Shown here piece by piece: positions 60,017 through 64,000 of a stretch of DNA of 64,000 nucleotides (positions are counted from its first letter, which is position 1; every line of letters starts with the position of its first letter). The notes under the pieces are model-generated. The model was not told the DNA's origin, did not search any database, and saw only the letters and a program-made list of their open reading frames with translations. The translations under genes were made by a program, and so were the position numbers. Where the stretch lies: contig OZ252244.1 of assembly GCA_965249575.1 (NCBI GenBank), forward strand, positions 3,392,001-3,456,000. Reading direction: 5' to 3'. The stretch comes from Gemmatimonadales bacterium. GTDB taxonomy: Bacteria; Gemmatimonadota; Gemmatimonadetes; Gemmatimonadales; GWC2-71-9.

Positions 60017-60943
60017 CTACATCCGATTACGCTCCCACATGAGGTTGCGTGGAGCAAAATGCCACGTGTACGTCCGAGTGATCAGAGACCCGCCGTTCAG
60101 TCGCGGATCGGGCGTATCCGTTCCGAGCGCAGCCTCGATGCGAACGCCCACAACGTCATCGTAATCGTTGGTGAAGTCCGAATCGCTCAGGTTGACCTCG
60201 GGCGCTTCGTCCCCGTCCAGGAACAGCAGCGTCACGTCGAAACCGTGAACTCCGTAGGCTACGACCTCGCCGTCGAGCGTTCCATCGGCCTTGAACCCCT
60301 GTGCACGCATCAGGCGGTCCGTTTCCTGGTAATACACCACCGGTGTGACTTCCTGGGTGAAGCTACTGAACCGATCCAGCCGGAGGTTGCCCACCAGGCC
60401 GGCAGGATAGCGCAAGAGGGTGTTATGCGACGTGAAGTTGACCGCCGCCGTTTGGGTCGACGGGGTCACGCTCTCGATCAGGATGAGGTGGCGTTTGTCG
60501 TTCACTTGGAGCCGGGCAAGGTCGCCCGCCTTGAGGTCCCACGCGCCGTTGTCCTTCTTGAAGTCGATGCAGCGCGGCCCACACGTGCCTCCGGACGGCA
60601 GCGGATTCGCGGTTCCGGCGGGAGGATCGATCACGTAGGCCGAAGCCTCGTTTGGCTCAAACGGCACGCGAAGGATGATGATGGTATCTCCCCACACGGC
60701 GAGCGTACCAAACGATGGCGTACTTTCCATTCCTACGCCCGTGCCCTGGAAGTCCCGCTCTAGCGACAGGGCGACGAACCGGGCGCTGCGATGAACGTTC
60801 TCCCGAATCTCGTTCGCTCCGAACGTCCGCCATGTCGAGATACCGAGTGATGTCGCCGCCGTCAGCACGAGCACGGCGATGGTCACCGAGATCATGAGCT
60901 CGATGAGGGTAAACCCGGCTTCCCGAGTTCTAGTGTGCCACAT
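60017..60943 (-). CDS. Type IV minor pilin, PilW-like
   Basis: Class III signal peptide EAG|FTLIELMIS. Confidence 0.85.
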   Translation of the reverse strand: MWHTRTREAGFTLIELMISVTIAVLVLTAATSLGISTWRTFGANEIRENVHRSARFVALSLERDFQGTGVGMESTPSFGTLAVWGDTIIILRVPFEPNEASAYVIDPPAGTANPLPSGGTCGPRCIDFKKDNGAWDLKAGDLARLQVNDKRHLILIESVTPSTQTAAVNFTSHNTLLRYPAGLVGNLRLDRFSSFTQEVTPVVYYQETDRLMRAQGFKADGTLDGEVVAYGVHGFDVTLLFLDGDEAPEVNLSDSDFTNDYDDVVGVRIEAALGTDTPDPRLNGGSLITRTYTWHFAPRNLMWERNRM

Positions 60944-60953
60944 GTCTTCCTCC

Positions 60954-61340
60954 TCAGGTCGTCGGTACGAACGCCAGGGTCACCAGCTCGATAGGCACGC
61001 TGGACCTTGGAAATTCGACCACGACTTTGACGCGAACCAGGTTTTGGTTTTCGGGGGTCACGACTACGGAACGCGTGTACTTGCCGCCTGAGATCTGGAC
61101 CCCGGCCTCATCGACCTGGACTGCAGGTTCCGACTGTAACGTCCCGGGATCCCGGGAGCGGATCTCTTCCATTCGGGCGCGCGCAATGGAGAGCGCGGTG
61201 GTGCGGCTCGCCACCTTCGACTGGGCGACTAGCACCGCACTGCCGGTTCTGGTCAGCGACAACACGCCGACCGAAAGCAGCACCATCGCCACTAGCACCG
61301 CGATCAGGGTGAACCCACCCTCGGATTTCATCTGTTTCAT
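60954..61340 (-). CDS. Type IV minor pilin, PilV-like
   Basis: EGG|FTLIAVLVAMVLLSVG; A...ARARMEEIRS; short length. Confidence 0.8.
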   Translation of the reverse strand: MKQMKSEGGFTLIAVLVAMVLLSVGVLSLTRTGSAVLVAQSKVASRTTALSIARARMEEIRSRDPGTLQSEPAVQVDEAGVQISGGKYTRSVVVTPENQNLVRVKVVVEFPRSSVPIELVTLAFVPTT

Positions 61341-61894
61341 TGCCAGGTCCCCCCTCTGTAGACCCATAGCTTGAACGACGCCGAGCCGGAAACCGACACC
61401 GCGGACACGGCCGTGTCATCGTCTTTGTGAACGAAGTAGACCGTACCACGCGTACCGAACGGCTGGGTGATGCCCCGAGTGTCGAACTCGACTTGGGTGT
61501 TCGTGAAGGTCACGGCGCCGCTTCCGACGTCGCCGGGGATGGGCCCGACGCTTCCGCGACCAAACTTGACATCGGGCGGCAGCGTCACCGTGCCGAAAGC
61601 ATTGAGCGCCTGAGTCTCGGCCGCGGACTGGGTGAACACTCCGTCCCGGTCGTCGTCGAGGTATCCGGCGTAGGTGGCCCCGGATACATCGAAGCTCATC
61701 CGCACGGCCTTCTTTGAAGCGAGCGCCCTGGTGCGAGACAGCTCCAAATCCTGCACGAGCTGTCCGGCCGCCGCCCGCGCCTTCCCCTGCGGGCTCACCC
61801 GCAAGCGGGGCACGGCGATCGCGATGACCAAGCCGGTAATCGTGATTACCGTGAGCAGCTCGATGAGGGTGAATCCTCGTTGTGTCCTGTTCAT
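61337..61894 (-). CDS. Type IV minor pilin, FimT/FimU/GspH-like
   Basis: QRG|FTLIELL..., AVP, L...R..A and F.TRG motifs. Confidence 0.85.
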   Translation of the reverse strand: MNRTQRGFTLIELLTVITITGLVIAIAVPRLRVSPQGKARAAAGQLVQDLELSRTRALASKKAVRMSFDVSGATYAGYLDDDRDGVFTQSAAETQALNAFGTVTLPPDVKFGRGSVGPIPGDVGSGAVTFTNTQVEFDTRGITQPFGTRGTVYFVHKDDDTAVSAVSVSGSASFKLWVYRGGTWQ

Positions 61895-61988
61895 CCTACC
61901 CTCGCTTTGGAGGCCGCTCGGTGTGGGCATCGACTGCATCTGCAGTGCGACCCCCATCACCGATATCGGTCCTCCGCGTACGATTAGC

Positions 61989-63782
61989 CTAGTACACCGG
62001 CCTGAAGGCGGTGTGGATCACGTTGCCGACCACCGGCGTTCCCGGGGGCAGGTTGGCCGGATCCTCGAACCGCGTATCGAACTTCCAGTCACGTTTCGGC
62101 GGACTGTAGTACGTGCCGTTCCAGGTTCCGAGTGCTTTCTGACTCGTGTGGAGTGATACCAGAGATCCCTGGTAGTGCGTCCACTTGTTTGACCACCTCT
62201 CCAGAAACCGCAGATAGTTCTCGATCCCGCCGCCGTAGAAGTCCGTGTAGCCTCCGGAGCAGCCGGCGTCCTCGTGATCGCATGGGGTGGCCGAGTGTCC
62301 GGCGAGCACCGCCACGTTGTACCAGGTATCCGAGGCCCACGTCTTGATGACTACCGGTGCCAGGTGGTCGCTATCTTGCCACGCGTTCGACAGGAACGTG
62401 ATGGCGTCACTGATCACGGCCGCGGGCATCCAGTTGTCCCGGTTGTAGTCACCCTGGATGTAGAGTGGGTGGTCCGTCGCGAAAGAGAACCCGTTGCCCA
62501 CCTGGAGCTCTTTCCCCTCCGCCATCCGGACCATCGGGTAGAAGCCGTCACCCGACGGGTCGGTCGCAGGGTTGGCGAACGGGACACCCGTAAAGGTCAC
62601 GTACATGATCTCCGTACCGTTGGCGCTGGGATCGTCGTCGACCCAATTGCCCAACTCGTTTAGATCGATGCTCAAGGCGTCCACGTACCGCAGTTCCCGC
62701 CCCTCGTAGAACGTCTCCCAACTCCAGGTGAAGATGTTCTGGCAGTCGCCGACATTCGGGACGTTCTTGTTAGCGGGCCGGACAGAGGTCATCTGCGCAC
62801 AGAGCGCGGGCACACCGGCCAACTGGTCCAGCGGAATCTCGATGTACCAGTCCGCCTTCCAGGAGTACTTGGCGGTCTTCTCCAACTGGGTGTCGCCGAG
62901 GTCCCGCGGACGGATCACCTCGTGTGGGTCCATCCCGGCGGGAAGCGGTACTTTCAGCGAGTCGACGCTGTAAGCGTAGGTCTTCAGGCGGTTGTCGAAC
63001 TTTGCGTCGCTCTCCGCCCTGAACGCGTTAGGATTCGGGTGAGTTCGACTGTCGAAGTCGAGGTTGACGTCGTTGCCGCTAGCGTCGTTGATGTACACGC
63101 CCGTCTTCTGGCTGTGGTTGTCCTTCCGGTCCCAGAAGACCTTGTTGGGAGTCGTGATGGCGTCGCGGTACCACGCGTTGTTCGAGCTGAGATAGATGTT
63201 TCCATTGGAGTGCACCCAACCCGCGAACTCCATCGACGGCCCGTTGGTGGCCTCGAGATCCTTCTCGTAGAAAATCCCGAACTGGAAAATCGGAATCGCC
63301 TGCGCCTTGGCCGAGATGATGATCTGGCTCCGATTATCCATCGAGTCGCGTGCCTCGGCGGAGATGTCCACCCGTTGGGTCAACGAATAGAGCCCGGCGA
63401 ACGATCCGTCGGTCACGGTCTCGATCTCGACGCCGCCGATCTTGTTGACGGCGAGCTGGTCGTACGTGAACCCGGGGAGGCTCGGCGCCTGGATCTGAGA
63501 CAGCTCTTGCGCCGAGAGCTGGGCGTCCTGGAGGGCGTCGGCGAGCTGCGCCATGACGGCTTCCGCGCCTGCTTCGGCGGCGTAGAAAACCCGGGAGCCG
63601 CGATAGTCCAGGTTGGCCGTACGGGTCGTCCGAACGACCCCGGTAAACGCGAAGACGATGAGCGCCGAGATCAGAAGCATCACGAATAGCGTGGCCTCCA
63701 ATGCGAAACCGGCGCTACCGTTCAGCATCGGCAGCGAGGGCCTCTTCGCCTGGCGTTCGTTGCGGGCTGCGTGCGTTCTCAT
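61989..63782 (-). CDS. Large PilX-like minor pilin
   Basis: AG|FALEATL...; FYAAEAG PilX N-terminal motif; VHSNGNI; large C-terminal domain ending LPPGTP; GGAGGG RBS. Confidence 0.8.
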   Translation of the reverse strand: MRTHAARNERQAKRPSLPMLNGSAGFALEATLFVMLLISALIVFAFTGVVRTTRTANLDYRGSRVFYAAEAGAEAVMAQLADALQDAQLSAQELSQIQAPSLPGFTYDQLAVNKIGGVEIETVTDGSFAGLYSLTQRVDISAEARDSMDNRSQIIISAKAQAIPIFQFGIFYEKDLEATNGPSMEFAGWVHSNGNIYLSSNNAWYRDAITTPNKVFWDRKDNHSQKTGVYINDASGNDVNLDFDSRTHPNPNAFRAESDAKFDNRLKTYAYSVDSLKVPLPAGMDPHEVIRPRDLGDTQLEKTAKYSWKADWYIEIPLDQLAGVPALCAQMTSVRPANKNVPNVGDCQNIFTWSWETFYEGRELRYVDALSIDLNELGNWVDDDPSANGTEIMYVTFTGVPFANPATDPSGDGFYPMVRMAEGKELQVGNGFSFATDHPLYIQGDYNRDNWMPAAVISDAITFLSNAWQDSDHLAPVVIKTWASDTWYNVAVLAGHSATPCDHEDAGCSGGYTDFYGGGIENYLRFLERWSNKWTHYQGSLVSLHTSQKALGTWNGTYYSPPKRDWKFDTRFEDPANLPPGTPVVGNVIHTAFRPVY

Positions 63783-63940
63783 GTCTGGTCCCCCTCCGGG
63801 CTCATCCATCGGGCTTTCGGCGATCGCGAGCCTGGAGGGCGATCACCGTCCGTACTCAGTTCAAGTGAGCGACCGTGGAGGGCGTGGAGGGCGTGGAGGG
63901 CTGTCGGGATGGAGGGTCTCGCGACCCTGGTCGTGCTGCC

Positions 63941-64000
63941 CCGGCAGCCCGGCTGTCGTTCGGATCGAGGCATCTCGAGGGAACGACCCGTGGCTTTGCG
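63941..64000 (-). ncRNA. c-di-GMP-I (GEMM-I) riboswitch, 3' part (5' end beyond the window)
   Basis: Minus strand CGCAAAGCCACGGGTC-(variable stem)-GACAGCCGGGCTGCC matches the conserved GEMM-I core GCAAAGCC.CGGGTC...GAYAGCCGGGYTGCC. It lies about 160 nt upstream of the pilX-like ATG. Confidence 0.85.

Overview
GC-rich bacterial chromosome window. Gene content and order suggest Gemmatimonadota, but that is an inference. It has three zones. (1) 1-13.2 kb is an accessory and partly decaying region: partial GMC oxidoreductase, transporter and HTH remnants, DUF481 OMP, MscL, amidase, a TPR protein, a 62-aa lipopeptide, a sigma54 activator, HD-GYP, M19 dipeptidase and a damaged DUF3179 gene. (2) 13.2-48.3 kb is a long + strand housekeeping run: obgE, dprA, hemW, hrcA, dnaJ, rpsU, mutS2, dnaG, recJ, rsmD, coaD, pta-like, an RsbV/W/U-type module, rsmA, rex, infC-rpmI-rplT-pheST, zapA, rny, folD, xseAB, ispA, dxs, NAD kinase and recN. 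(3) 48.2-64 kb holds a ClC, a DASS transporter, a form II cox-like S-L-M-G-D-E cluster and a type IV minor pilin operon. The pilin operon is preceded by a c-di-GMP-I (GEMM-I)-like riboswitch cut by the window edge. The best candidate for an undescribed system is at 4.75-8.7 kb. A tiny exported lipopeptide gene is coupled to a cytoplasmic TPR-only protein, an arrangement reminiscent of Rap-Phr/RRNPP peptide signalling. Next to them are a pseudo-receiver sigma54 enhancer-binding protein and a divergent HD-GYP gene. Both the peptide-TPR unit and the HD-GYP gene carry matching upstream architecture: a 10-bp-phased repeat array, an IHF-like site and a -24/-12 promoter. Several frameshifts and a 111-bp tandem duplication may be real decay or assembly errors.
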